From positions 24,846-88,845 of the forward strand of contig JAUCBJ010007160.1 of the NCBI GenBank assembly GCA_032718475.1: a stretch of 64,000 bases of DNA. Reading direction: 5' to 3'. Under the pieces are notes generated by a model. That model searched no databases and was not told the origin of the DNA. It saw nothing but the letters and a program-made list of their open reading frames with translations. Below are positions 24,798 to 38,800 of this stretch, piece after piece; positions within the stretch are counted from its first letter, which is position 1; each line of letters opens with the position of its first letter. This stretch comes from Nemertoderma westbladi. Its lineage: Eukaryota; Animalia; Xenacoelomorpha. The translations under genes and the position numbers were made by a program.

Positions 24798-27700
24798 ATG
24801 TCTGACACAAAACAAACACTGTCAGATAGTCTCTTAGAAAGTGTTAGAATGAGTATTAGACTTAGACAGCGTATTAAAAGGATCTGTGACCAAGATCAAA
24901 GTATAGAACATCCCAGACCAAAGTCCAAGTCCCCTCCTACTGTAAGAAAGGTCATCCCTCCAGTCAGCCAGTAGTAGTATCAGACCCTAGGCTAGTAAAG
25001 CACCATAGGTCTATCATAGGCACTAGGGCTCAAGTTAAGCGGGACCAAGAGGCAGCTGTTAAACAGCAGCAGCACCCGAAACGAGAACTTATTTCCCAGC
25101 GGCCCGATAACTCCAGTAGTTCAGACACTGTAGAGTTGACACCCGAGATCGGAGCAAGGATGACAGAAGCGGTTTCTCCAGATCCACTTCTCATTCTTCC
25201 TGAAGCCGTACTCACTAGAGTATTGATTGCGGTGGAGGAACACCAAATTGATTGGGCGAGAAGTAAGCGATCGACCAAGGACAGTTATGCGGGATACTCA
25301 ATAGAGGAACTGAAGTCTATTGTCGAGACGCAATGGAACTTCCCCGGACCCAGACTCCCGTTTAACTTGTCGGAAGCTGCCTGGGAAGACTTATACAGGA
25401 TGGGAGTGGTAAAGGACACTAGAGATCCAGCTGTGTGGAAGAGGTCGGCAGCAGGATATGTACAGGGATTCTTCAGCTCTTTGGAGCGATTGGAGGAACA
25501 ACTGTTTCAACAACCCCAAGGACCTCAACAGCAGGGAGAGCTGCTTTATCAAGTTCGAGAACGTAGCTTAAGAATCCGACTAATACTTTCAGCCTTTGAT
25601 GAAGCCTCGAAGAGAAGCCAAGACACGTCGTTGCAGGTTGCCGTAAAGACTTGGTTCCAACGGGTGAGTCTTAAAGTCCAAGAAACAACACAATGGAAAG
25701 CTCAGCTAACCGAGCGCATGACCCATGGAGAATCAACAGACGCTACCTTTTCTCAGGTGGAAAGCGACGTCACATCAGAGAAACCTCCGAAGAAGGATGC
25801 TATTGACATCTATCTGTCGGACTATCAACGATTTATAGGTGACAAAGAGCTAAGGAGACGGCTAGCTGGACTTCGCCCCAATAGTGAAGGAGCCAAATTT
25901 GTGTTAGACGCAATAGATGCGGAAAGGTTAGAAGCAGATCGAGCTAAATTTGATGAAAGAATCCGCATCGTTAGGGAACAGGAAGAACAATTAAAGAAAA
26001 AACAAATAGAAGACAGAAAGGCAGCAACAGCAGCAGCGGCAGAAGTGAAAAGAAAAGCGGCAGCAGCAGAAGCCGAAAGAACTGTGGCGGAGGCAGTGGT
26101 AGAAGCAGAACGGAAGGCATCTGAAGAGACAACCCAACTAGAGTTGGAAAATCTTCAAGAGAAGCAAGACTACTTAAATAAACAGATAACAGCTAGTCAG
26201 ATGCAGCTGATAAGTCGATCTACTCCCAAGTGACAGGGATTTACATCATCTGATGAAGGCGAGACAACAGATCCTGAAGGCGGAGGAAATAGATCTCATC
26301 TCAGCAGGCGTAGAAGAATGCCCCACCGTCAGAAATTGCCTAATTTGCCCCCAGCCGTGAGAAGGCAACTAGCTAGCACAGACTTAGGTAGTACAGAACC
26401 CACAGACCAAATTATTAGAATAGAAAGACTCCCTACTATAGTAGATGAGCCTGAAATAATTAGGCCTGTTCTCGAAGCCACCCCTTCTGTGATAGAGACT
26501 TCCAGAACCTAACTCTAAATTCCCTTTGCACAGTACTAAACTACCTGTATCCAGTAGGACAGTTCCTCAGTCAACTCCGGTCCTGGACGCCGAGCGAGAC
26601 ATCAATGATTTGTCGCCCGTCGTCCCTCGTCTACCCGCTACTATGTTGGCGGCTCCCGCTTCGGCGGTCGAGTGGGTGGATGAGGGATGGCGGGGGATGG
26701 ATCTCCTGCTCAGGCGGATGCAAGAGACTGTTCAACAGTTCAAGGGAACAGTAAGGGAAAGTAGGTTAGAGTTGCAAGAAGTGCAGCAGAGTATCGCGTT
26801 AGAACGCGATAAATTAGTAAATATACAAAGGAGTATACCACCACCCCCTGTAACAATGTGTCAACCTGTTAGGTCTGAAGTATTTCATGCGCAAGGTGTG
26901 GAGCCTACACGCATCTATACTGCTAGTGAAGTAGAAACTCCTATAGTAAACCCTATTAAGGGTAATTATAAACCTGTTGACAATGATATTCCATATAGAC
27001 CTGATCATAATCCTAGAAATTTATATACCGATAACTCGATATTAAATAACACGATGGCCCAAGAAAGTTGTACGCGTCAAATGGCTAGAACCGAAGCCCG
27101 TCAAGCGGTAAAGGTGGGAGAGATCGTCAAGTTCAATGGAGATGAGATGAAATGGTTACCTTTTAATGAATATTACAAAGATAACATACAGAACTCTGTA
27201 CTATCTAACGGAGAGAAACTTAGATTCCTCATCGAGTGTTTGGAAGGACCTCCCAAGTTAATGGCGTTAAAGTTTATTGGACATCCAGATGGATTAAGAC
27301 AAGTTTGGGATACACTAAACATCAGGTATGGTAATAGGACAAACATAGCTAGGTATTTGTATGCAAAATTAGTAGCGCCCCGAAAGTTCCTTAGCAGCGG
27401 GATTACAGAGTTTTCCGATGAGATTCAGGAGATCTGTAGACAACTAGATTGGTTATGTAAGTCTCATGAATACCAGAATTCTATGGTTGTAGGAGCCTTA
27501 GCATCAGCTTTGCCAAAGGGTGAAGTAGGTACTCGCTGGGACAAAAAGGTTCTCTCTTTGATGGACCAACAACATAGAGATCCAACCATGACGGACCTTC
27601 TGTCATTCTTAAACCGAGAGGTAAGATTACAACTCCTAAAACAGTCTAGAGAGAAGACTCCTGAAAGTGAGGTAAGTGAAAAACCCGTTTCTAGGAGAAA

Positions 27701-27963
27701 GGTAACACCAGTGTGTTATACAGACGACGGCAAAGACCAAACCTCCCACGAGGAGAACAGCGGGAAAGACACCGAAAGATCTTATTATGTCAACAAAGTA
27801 CCTAAAGACGTAAGTAAATTTAAGTCTCGAACCAGTGACAGGAGAGAACAGGTAACAACAACTTCTCCTACGTCTCCTAAAAGAATTCATGGAAGAAAGC
27901 CCGAGGAAAGAACAAGTGTGCACCACACAGCACGGGTTAAAGTAAGTAACATCAAGCCCAAAT
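24798..27963 (+). pseudogene. gag: BEL/Pao gag, N-terminal and capsid (DUF1759-like) region, with stops and frameshifts
   Basis: MSDTKQTLSDSLL start as in copy B; KFNGDEMKWLPF...LSNGEKLRFLIECLEG...LNIRYG. TGA at 26231 where copy B has AGA. Confidence 0.85.
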
Positions 27964-29875
27964 TTATGTTGGACAATACCTTTATACCGGTACATTGTTT
28001 GGTGTATTTGTTATTGTTTTTACATAATGTATAAATAAATCAATCAATCAAAAAAAAAATATGCTGTTAAACTTCACTTGGGGATAATAGTTTTTGAGGT
28101 CGATAATCCTATGGGCGAGGTTACATCCGTTTAGTAGAGTAAATAAGACGAGTGTAAGGAGTGTAAAGGCTCTTTAGTAGAGGAGTGTAAATTAGCTCCC
28201 TGTATTGTACCAGCAAAGTTGTTATTAAATGAATGGGGGGGGGGGGGGGGGGTACACCCCCTCAGGTCAAAATTTGCGATTTTTGATTTTTGATTTTATC
28301 TAGAGCAGAATTTAATGAGGATTTCCAATCCTCATAATAATGAGATCTCTTTACTTTCACTAGTAGGCCTAATGGCTAGTTTTCCGTCTGTCCATCGAAA
28401 TATTATATAAAGCATATAAGCAATCTGAAGTGTTTGCTGTTGGGTTTTTCCTACGATTACTGTTTTCATGTTTGGAATTATCTAATCACTATGTCTGTAT
28501 GTGAGTCTGCCTGTCTCTCAGTTTTCTGTCTGTCTGATTGTCGGTCTGTCAACGTGTCCGTCAATATATAATATTTAATAGCTATTTAATAGATATTTGT
28601 CAGTTTTGTATTGCATATTTAACAATGGACTAGTCTAATGGACTAGTATATGTCTACGGGTAATAAGAAATGTTAACCATCATACAACAATAACTGGTAA
28701 TAATAATTGTGTGGATCAACCATAATCTTATTACTTTTTAAGTTCCACATGCTTCGAGAATGATACACGTGCTGCGCGAAGTCTTCATGTGCTGCACATG
28801 CTCCACGTCAAGGCTTCTCATTGTGATCAAGACGCTTTACGAGCTGCTCGATTAATAAACGTGCTGTGTGAAGACTAAGTGCTACGTGAAACCTTCACGT
28901 GCTGCGCGAAGGTTTCACGTGCTGCGCAAAGCTTAATGTGCTGTGTAAAGGCATATTAGAAAAAATGTTGAAATTTTTATATAATTTTGAAAGTTTGTTG
29001 AAGGTTGTCTCATTATTCCATGACTACATATATTAAGAAATATCGAAATAGTATGCGATTAAATTTTGTTCACGTGTTGCGCGAAGCGTTTTTGGGCAAG
29101 CACTTTAAAATATTAACAGGTTATTAAAAGTGGGTAGGTGTTTATTTGAACCAAATTTCATGAAATCCATTGAGAAATTACATAATGGGTAGGGAATAAC
29201 CAATGGGAAACGAAAAGGAGATACCAGTCAGTGAAAATAGCAGGAACATTTGAAATATATTGTTCTTAACCACTGGGGTATTTTGACCATTAGCACCACT
29301 GGGGGGGGGGGGGGGGGGGCGATTCGGCCCACCCACAATATTTTTGTAGTCGTCCAATGAAATCGTACAAAATTTGGGCTGTTGGTGAAACAACTATAGA
29401 TGAACACTACCAAATCTTAAAAAATTAAAATTTCATAAGCAGGGACTCATAATTTTGATGAAAAATAAAAGTAGTCCCAGGACAAAATTACAAAATTTTT
29501 CGTTTTCTAAAAACTAATAGTGTGGCAGTGTTGGCTAGATTTAGTAGGTTTTTTTTTCAAGACGCTGAATCGAATGTGATTATATTCCACTTCCAAAAAT
29601 TGAAGTGGATGCTATTTTTCGTGCACCTAAGAAGTGGGCGTGGCACTTCAAATTTAGAAAAATTAGATATTCAGAAAATGCCCCTAATTTATTTATTTCA
29701 ACGCATCTTTATGGGTTTTCTGGGCCACTGAATCGATTGAAAGTAATATAGAAGCCTGAAGACTGAGTGGTTCGCCATTTTTGGTGCACCAAAATTAGGG
29801 CGTGGCACTTCAAATTTTGAAAAATACGAGATTCGGAAAATAAACCAAAATTGAAATTTGTTATACAGTGTTATA
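27964..29875. mobile_element. Composite insert (LINE-like (AATC)n/poly-A end plus DNA-transposon fragments) flanked by a 251-bp direct duplication
   Basis: 27713-27963 equals 29876-30126 with one visible mismatch. Internal pieces match 660-746 and 17600-18540. Confidence 0.7.
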
Positions 29876-31862
29876 GTGTTATACAGACGACGGCAAAGAC
29901 CAAACCTCCCATGAGGAGAACAGCGGGAAAGACACCGAAAGATCTTATTATGTCAACAAAGTACCTAAAGACGTAAGTAAATTTAAGTCTCGAACCAGTG
30001 ACAGGAGAGAACAGGTAACAACAACTTCTCCTACGTCTCCTAAAAGAATTCATGGAAGAAAGCCCGAGGAAAGAACAAGTGTGCACCACACAGCACGGGT
30101 TAAAGTAAGTAACATCAAGCCCAAATGTGTATTGTGTGACGGGCCCCATCGCTTGAGTGGGTGTGATGAATTCTTAAAGAAATCCCTAAAGGATAGACGT
30201 GATGTCATGTGGGATAAGCGGTTGTGTTATAATTTTCTCAGACGAGGACACCAACGGTGGACCTGTTACTCAGATGCTAGGTGTGCTAAGTGCGGCGCGA
30301 AACATCATATCTTGCTGCACACCGAATTCGAAAGAAACAGCCCGAGTCAGGTAAGTGAGCCCGAACTACATGTCCAATTCAGTGATGTGAACGACACTGA
30401 CCACAGTTCTGAGATGGAAGGATTCTACACGGATGAATTCTCCGACAAAAACGAATCCTGTTATCTAATAAACACCGCAGTGTATCGAGCACTTACGTAT
30501 GAGACTGAACCCGATAGTGAGCTTCCCCTAACTATTCCTGGCCGACAACCATCTTGGAAAGCGCCAACTTCCAACGTAGGAATCCGAGAATTTCCCGTAG
30601 TGCAGTTGAGAGTCCATGGGTTAAAAAGGAGCTATATAGTGAATGCCCTCCTTGACTCCGGCAGCACAGGAACATTCATCGACAAAGAACTAGCCGAAGA
30701 CATCTTTGCTGGACAACCCAAGTTCCGAACTAAGTTGAACCTTTCAGGAATTATGCAGGTTTGGAAATCTACAGTAGCTACAGACTACTATGTAGGCGCC
30801 CCCCAGGATGAACTAGGAGAACACAGTATAAGGTCAGTAAAAATGGTGGTGATAAAGAACTTCGCTACCAGCCAAGTAGAACCTTATAACTGGGATGAAG
30901 ACGATTTCACCCAGCAGCATGAGATACCTAGATTCAACACCGACTACCCAGGGGTACAGATACTCATCGGCCAAAATGCGCATGAGGCGCTTGAGACATT
31001 GGAGAGGCGGCCTGCTCGACCGCAACCATTGCAAACCTATGCGGGAAGAACAAGAGTAGGTTGGTACTTCACTGGACCTTCCCGTAGGACACTCATGGAA
31101 AGGCTACCCAAAGATCAGGTCCATCAAGTGAGTGGATGTGAAGAAGACATCAGTGAGGGAGAGACAACCACAACTGAGGGAACACCATACTCCTCAGATA
31201 ATGACGATATTAACTCTAATGTAGATCAATGGAGACATTGCCTTGGGACGATTAATCCAGCCGACATCGCTTCCAGAGGAGCAACTCCTCAAGAACTGAT
31301 AGATACTCCAGACTGGTTAGGTGGACCCGACTTCCTAAGTGAAGAAGAGGATGAATGGCCTCCTCATCTCACCACGGCTGAGATCAGACAAGCCAAGGGA
31401 GCGGAGAAAGTCAAACCTAAAACCCGGACGAGTAAATCAAAGTTATTCAAACCCGTGATAGATCGGTCTGTACTACACATTTCCAGGGACGACGCTGTAG
31501 ATCTAAACTCCCCCGCCACAAATAACTCTGTTGTGGAAATCAGAGAAAGAGACTGGAAATCTGGAACACCAGACGTCTCGCAGGGACTCTCCCCTCTCCT
31601 GCAGGGAGCGCTAAACCACTATAGCTCCTGGAATCGGCTTTGTAAGGCCGTCATGTATTTGAAGCGATGTTTCTATTGTCACTATTCCAGGACGAAGAGA
31701 AAACCTGGAATTGTATTCGAAACACAACAACTCAATCGCCCAGTTGGTCGTTTATGTTTACTGGAAAGAGACCGAGAACTGTCCGGAAACTATGGAAGGC
31801 AAGATACTCTTCCCACGACCACCTCCCTAATCCAACAAACATCTAGGGACTCCCCAACGTAA
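29876..31862 (+). pseudogene. BEL/Pao gag zinc knuckles, aspartic protease and RNase H C-terminal remnant (no RT or integrase)
   Basis: CVLCDGPHRLSGC, CYNFLRRGHQRWTC, CAKCGAKHHILLH; ALLDSGS; ILIGQN; QWRH..NPADIASRG..WLGGPDFL..WP; YSSWNRL. Confidence 0.9.
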
Positions 31863-33565
31863 CAGCGCCTGGAGTGGGTGTGTGACTACATTATTTTATA
31901 TTTGTTTTTATTATTTTATATTTATGTATGTATTATTATGTAATTTTATTATAATCGTTTTCTTTAATTTTATTTAGCAGAATGATATTTTAGCGATTAT
32001 TTAGTAGATTAGTGCAATATATATTAGTGTTTATTACTTACTTACTTATATTATATTATATATTTAGTGCAACGGCGAGAAATAATTCTTTTTCTCTTTC
32101 CTTACTGTCCGTATCATATTATAAATACGTGACTACATTAAGATGAAATATCCATACTTATTAAAGTACAATAAAGCTCCTACTATATTCAAGTATTATT
32201 GGTAAGTAGAGTATTAGGAATGCAAAGTTCAGATCCTCGTGTCTCGGCTAAACCAAGCTATGGGTAGACCTTGGAAACGACTTGCCTCTTCTCACTGACA
32301 TTGCTTCTTGCAATATTGCTCTCATACCATATATTAAATAATACATATAGTAGCGTGATGTCCCTTTAACAGTAACGTACAACGCAAATAAATTTGCGCC
32401 TTTGACCATCTGTAATTCTAGTCGATTAAGATATCGTGGCACCCACCGATATACTTGAAAGACAAAATTCTAGAATCAGTGGTTAACGTCCCCAGACAAG
32501 TTCTGGAATAAACCGGTGCCCATCTTAAATATTAACTATTAATATTTATAAAATCTGTCAAACAAATACAATAGAGTAAATACTTACAAGTTAACTCTAG
32601 AAAATCTATAAATTAAAATCTGTTAAATTTTAGATCCTTTAAAATTCTAGTCGATTAAGATATCGTAGCACTTACCGATACTCTTAATAGGACAAATTTC
32701 CTAGAATCAAGGATCCCAGTCCCCAGACATGCTTTGGAATAAAATTGAGCTTATTCCAACATTAAAAAATAAAATTTACGGGAATAAATTTAAATTCATC
32801 TCTTTTAATGAATTTGATAAATTGTCATTTTTATACAATTTATAACATTCCCAAAATTCCATTAATTAATAGATCATGGGAGCGGAGATTCACCCTATTA
32901 AGTGTATTAGTGTGCGAGAATCTCCAATATATAGTCAATAGCCGATAAAATTCATAAAATCATGTATAAGGGGGAATATTGACAATTAAAGAATTACTAT
33001 TAAATAGCATCCCAGATCTGTATGCATGAGAATTACCCTAATTATACTGCTGGCTTTCCATAATGTCACCATGGCAACAACCACGCTAGAATTAGAAGTG
33101 AGTTAAAAGAACAATAAAAGGCTTGCCCCATTGAATAGCATACGGAATAAATAGCGCACTGCTAGTATCCAGGGATACATAATAATAACGTGGCATTCTG
33201 GAAGGCACTTGACTAACGGACAAATGGCCCGAATGTGTACAATTTGTGACAGTGGTGTGGAATTTGTGCGTTTATAGGTGAATGTTACTACTAAAGTGTA
33301 TTTACAGTAGCGAGTCGCAGTTGTGAAAGTAGCCCTACCTCCGCAGTAAGAACCTGAAGTAAATCTAAGCCCTTGGGACGGACAGTGGAGTGACTCGCGC
33401 TGGTATTGTTGTCGTTGTGTAGCTACTATGTTGGCGAAAGGCACATCGGCGACAGTACATCAGCATTGAGGATCTTGCGCTGTCCGGGGGCATTGAGGGG
33501 TAGGCAGCGACGCCCGCTAGCCTAATTATGATTAATTATAATATCGATAAACTCATATAGCAGCT

Positions 33566-33817
33566 ATGACTGAGTTGATAGAAGATGATCTTGATATCAG
33601 GGAGCGATATACCCTACCATTGCTAGCGTTTGTTGATAGTTTAATACGCGGCGACGTTCGTCAACCTACTACGGAGGACGATGGCCATTATATCGAACTG
33701 CCAATGTCAAAGGAACAACTCACGCGTGAATTGGACTATAGAAAATTCACCGCTCGCTATACGCATCGTAATGGTATGTATATGGGCTTCTTAACTACTG
33801 GTCATCCTATTGATTTA
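33566..33817 (+). CDS. 5' part of an unknown accessory ORF in the BEL 3' region, truncated by the adapter
   Basis: MTELIEDDLDIRERY... is homologous to the minus-strand frame starting at 41455 in copy B. Confidence 0.45.
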
Positions 33818-33869
33818 GTACTCTGCGTTGATACCACTGCTTAAAGCAGTGGTATCAACGCAGAGTACT
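33817..33869. other. Library artifact: back-to-back SMART/ultra-low-input amplification adapters
   Basis: AAGCAGTGGTATCAACGCAGAGTACT at 33844-33869 and its reverse complement at 33817-33842. Confidence 0.97.
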
Positions 33870-35192
33870 CAGAACAAATAATATATAATATACACTATTC
33901 TAGAACAAAAATAAAATAAAAAAATTATTGTTCTAGAACATTCAGCTAGTAATTTTTTAAATTTAAAATAGCTAGTAATAAAAAAAAATTTATTTATTTA
34001 TATTATTTTTAAAAAATTTATCTACCGGTACCAAATTGTATCATTTGTTAAATTTAATAGCTATTATAAAATTAAAAAAAACTAGCTATATGTTTTAGAA
34101 CATTATTATTTTTTATTTTATTTATGTAATATTATATTTTTTTGGTTTATGCCTATTTTTCGAGTCCTCAGGCAAAGGACAGAGTAGCCGATGATGTCAG
34201 GGACCTTAGAATCGGGACTGTCTAAAACTGTCGAAAGTCTCTGTCCTAAATCCCGGTCGGTCCAATTTTTTCCCGGTCCACAAGAATATTAATAAAACCC
34301 GGTCCAAAAACTTGCCTAAAAAGTCCCTCCTAGACCAGCAGAAAGTCTCCCATTTCGGTAATTGTAATGCTTTTTAGCTGATATTAACTTAACTTTTAAC
34401 TCCATTATTTGCATAATTAATTTTTAAAACCAAAATATCACATTATACACAATAATATTGATAATGATGCTGGACGCCACCTAGATCGCAAGCGAGTAAT
34501 GGTGGTGGTCGCCCATTGGTGATATGAATGAATTGAAGTGATTGGTACCGATGAAGTACATATAGCAACCCTCCCTGTACCCATGCCCAATACCGCCCTC
34601 TCCCAGTACCGATACAACTTACCCGTTATATATATTTGGCAGATGTTTACTACACGTGTATGGTGACGACGCTGACAAATCCGCAGTTCTCCAGTCTACC
34701 GTTAGGTGGCTGTTAGATTATTATTGTTAGGGCTCCAGTGAATGGCATGTGGTGGTTAGATCCTACCTGCTGCCGCTACTGGTCTTTTCACTACCGGTAT
34801 TCTTCCTGTCTGCCTTAACTGTCCTTCACAAGGCTATGAGCCTACTGTACATACAGCATGTTACTACTGTATGTTATCGGTACTACATATACTGTACAGA
34901 AGGCCCTACTGGTATATGCTGCTGTATGGTGGTATGTGTTCTGCTGAGTGTCGGAATTGGAATTGTTTAATTGACATCAAAATATAGGAAGAAAGTGAAA
35001 CTAAATAAAAACGAACATTACGGGTGTAGATAAAAACCAATATAGTCATAGCCGCATAAGGCTGTAAGGATATAGATTGGGCTAATTATACTAAGACGGT
35101 GAAAAAATAAGATACCGGTACAAACTTGGAATACACAGAAGTGCAATATGTCAAATACGGAATACACAAATAAAATATAATCATATGTAGGT

Positions 35193-36287
35193 TAGGGCGG
35201 TGCGTTTTTTACTTTTTTTCGATTTCATTGTTCTACCGGTGCACAAAAGTTGCCAAATGGTAAAAAAATAAGGAAAAAAAATTTCTTGAAATTTCGTCTA
35301 TATCTTCACGGATCCCAAGAGGGTTGAAATTTTGGTAGAGCGAATAGTTTTTGAGATATCGCAGAAAATGTGAAGTCCGGCACAAGTCTACATTTCCGCC
35401 TTGATGTGATATGGACAAATCCCCAAAAAAATTTATTTTGAATTATCTGAAGGAATCAAGTATAGACACATGACTGCAACAAATTGATTTAGTGTATACA
35501 CAGACACCTTCAAAATTAAAGAGTAGTGATTAGTTTACTATAGTTTTTGTACAAAATGTGTGGAATGGGTCAACTGAATATCAAGTATTAATTGGTGGAC
35601 ATAGTCTTGACATTTTGTATAATAACTCAAGAACTAATGACTCTACTGCTGTTATTTTAAAGGTGTCTAAACCCACTACATCGATCATTTCTGTGATGTG
35701 TCTATTCTTGGTTCCTTGAGATAATTCAAAATAAAATTTTTGAGGATTTGTCCATATCGCATCAAGGTGGTAATGAAGACTTGTGCCGGACTTCACATTT
35801 TCTGCGATATCTCAAGAACTATTCGCTCTACATCTGTTTTGAAGTTGTCTACCCCCACTAAATCGGACATTGCGGTTCTAATGAGCATAATATTAATGCA
35901 GTATGATAATTCAAAGTTGGCCATCGCGAAAATTGGAATTATCATCACTTGCGCCAAATGGTAGGTTCTGTCCATGTGCCTGTGGCACTAGTTCCCTTGA
36001 TCCAAAAATTAAAATTTTGGTATCTAACTAAGTTTGGACCCTTTTGATGACATTTGATGCATGCAGGAAGTTATTTTTTGAGTCATTGTACTTTCATTAA
36101 TGTCTAATATTGCTATAAATTTCATTATGGTGCATTGCGAAGGCTCAAAATTTCAACCCTCTTGGGATCCGTGAAGATGTAGACGAAATTTAAATAAATT
36201 TTTTTTCCTTATTTTTTCACCATTTGGCTACTTTTGTGCACCGGTAGAACAATGAAATCGAAAAAAAGTAAAAAACGCACCGCCCTA
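35193..36287. mobile_element. hAT-family non-autonomous transposon
   Basis: TIRs tagggcggtgcg/cgcaccgcccta extending about 140 bp, 8-bp TSD ATGTAGGT (35185-35192, 36288-36295), second internal inverted repeat. Confidence 0.9.
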
Positions 36288-36983
36288 ATGTAGGTAGCAT
36301 TTGTAGAGCAGTAGAGGGCTTTATTTAGGATGAACAAATGTGAAATGTACAAAGTAGGCCTAGCACCTAGGCCTACTATGTAAATATTAATCTCAAATAT
36401 GGTGTAGTTAGTTACGTGTACCGGTAGATCAAAATATAGGGAGAAAGTGAAACTAAAACAAGAGCGAATATTACCGGAATAGATAAAACCAATATAGTCG
36501 TAGGAATATAAATCGAGCTAATTAATTGTACTAAAATGGTAAAAAAGTAAGATATATGCACTTGCAGTACACAGAAATATAATATGACAAAGACAGAGTA
36601 TGCAAGTAAGTAAGTAAGTATGTATTATCACAGGTAGAATCATTAAGCATAGGCATAAGTCTGTGCTTCGCTTGTCTGCCTTTTACTATAAATAAATGAG
36701 CTACGACTTCCGTATTATTATAGACTCTTTCTTCAGGATCTCAATATGGCGCAGTGCAGCAGTGCTGTACGTGACGTTCCTACAACAGTAAAAACCTTAC
36801 TATACAGTATTCAAATGATGGACTTTCAACAGGTCAGATAATGCAACCTACTCACTGACTCACCGCATTTATACCGGTCGGCGGTCGCCTATACTAATTC
36901 TGATGTCTAGGCCTACCTACTTCTGATGGTGGTACAGTAGCATATACTCTTCTGTACCATTATATGCGGTAGGTGCTATAATG

Positions 36984-37570
36984 CACAACGAGCAACAATG
37001 ACCAACAATGAGCAACAACGAGCAACAATGAGCAACAACGAGCAACAATGATCAACAACTAGCAACAATGAGCAACAACGAGGAACATTAATGAGCAACA
37101 ACTTGCAACAATGAGCAACAACGAGCAACAATGATTAACAACGAGCAACAATGAGCAAGAACGAGCAATAATAAAGTACAACAACGAGTATCAATGAGCA
37201 ACAACGAGTAACAATGAGCAACAACGACCAACTATGAGCAACAATGAGCAACAACGAACAACAATGAGCAATAACGAGCAACAATGAGTAACAACGAGCA
37301 ACAATGAGAAACAACGACCAACAATGAGCAAAAACGAGCAATAATAAAGTACAACAACGATTAACAATGATCAACAACGAGTATTAATGAGCAACAACGA
37401 GCAATAATAAAGTACAACAACGAGTAACAGAGCAACAACGAATAACAATGAGCAACAATGAGGAACAACGAACAACAATGCGCAACAACGAGCAACAATG
37501 AGGTACAACGAGCAATAATAAAGTACAACAACGAGCAACAATGAGCGACAATGAGCAACAATGAGCGACA
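36984..37570. repeat. Decamer satellite (aacaatgagc/aacaacgagc with caataataaagtac units)
   Basis: Visible array. Continues at 38188-38490. Confidence 0.9.
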
Positions 37571-37574
37571 CGTT

Positions 37575-38188
37575 CGTGGGGACTTCGCGCAGCACGTAGT
37601 CGGCAAGCCTTGGCATACGGTTCATATAGAGCAAATGGGGCATGTCTAGTTTGGACCCCATATCCCATGCTATAAATGTATTCATTCGATATACAATCAT
37701 ATGTTAATCCGCTAGGTGGTGTCAAATTGTTATTCTGCAATTTCGTACTTACCAGTGCAGCACTGTACAGCAGTACCGTACCGGTAGGCCTATGTCATTA
37801 CTTCTGAGTCTCTAGCGGATCCCCAATTAAATGTCTTAACTTTTCAATTTCGTAAAAGATAGACTTCATGATTCTCTACAGGCCACCAAAATTTCAGCTC
37901 AGGAAAATGAGGCCTTCCCGAGAAATTTAACATTTTCTAAAAACCACATAATCTGTCGTAGCTGACGTCAGACTGCATGATTTTTCACCAAACTTTACAA
38001 ACTTTCTAAACTTTCTCTCTACTACTTACCTACTAAGTTTGGTTCAATTCCGAACGAGCGATGCCGAGAAATTCGCGTTCAAACATTTACCAGACAGACG
38101 GACGGACAGACAGACAGACAGACGGACATGCCCCATTTGCCCTATATGAACCGTATGCAAAGGCTCGCCGACTACGTGTCTCGCCCCA
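37575..38188. mobile_element. Helentron-associated/DINE-like non-autonomous element
   Basis: About 55-bp inverted repeats (37595-37648 and 38125-38178) with an adjacent (RGAC)n microsatellite at 38091-38127. Confidence 0.5.
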
Positions 38189-38490
38189 CAATGAGCAACA
38201 ATGAACAACAACGAGCAACAACGAGGAACAACGAGCAATAATAAAGTACAACAACGAGCAACAATGAGGAACAACGATCAATAATAAAGTACAATAACGA
38301 GCAACAATGAGGAACAACGAGCAATAATAAAGTACAACAACGAGCAACAATGAGGAACAACGAGCAATAATAAAGTACAACAACAAGCAACAATGAGGAA
38401 CAACGAGCAATAATAAAGTACAACAACGAGCAACAATGAGGCGAACAACGAGCAATAATAAAGTACAACAACGTGTAACAATGAGCAACC
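38188..38490. repeat. Decamer satellite, second block
   Basis: Same units as 36984-37570. Confidence 0.9.
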
Positions 38491-38800
38491 AAAATAGCAA
38501 TAAATTTTGGTGGTAACCAAAACAATGAACCAAAGTTATGACATGTTATTGTTAGAAGATTATGGGTCCGGACACAAAAAGCTGAGGTAATAAGGGTCCG
38601 GTCAATAATACACAAGTAAAATATAAATCAAATATAAAGCTTCAATACGGTATTAAGAGGGTCTGGTCTGGTCAGTAGTTGCAGTGAAGTGCCCTGCAAC
38701 TCCTGAGCAACTAACTCACTAACCTTAACCCAGTAACCTAAATAACAAATCATAAATACAAAATAGGCTTGGCCTACCCCACCCCACAAGCTATACAGTA

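Larger units (their letters stand above)
23133..33817 (+). mobile_element. BEL/Pao element copy A (no LTRs present, interrupted at 27964-29875, cut at the adapter)
   Basis: Colinear with the reverse complement of about 41205-51934. Contains gag, protease, an RNase H tail remnant and a 3' ORF. Confidence 0.85.
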
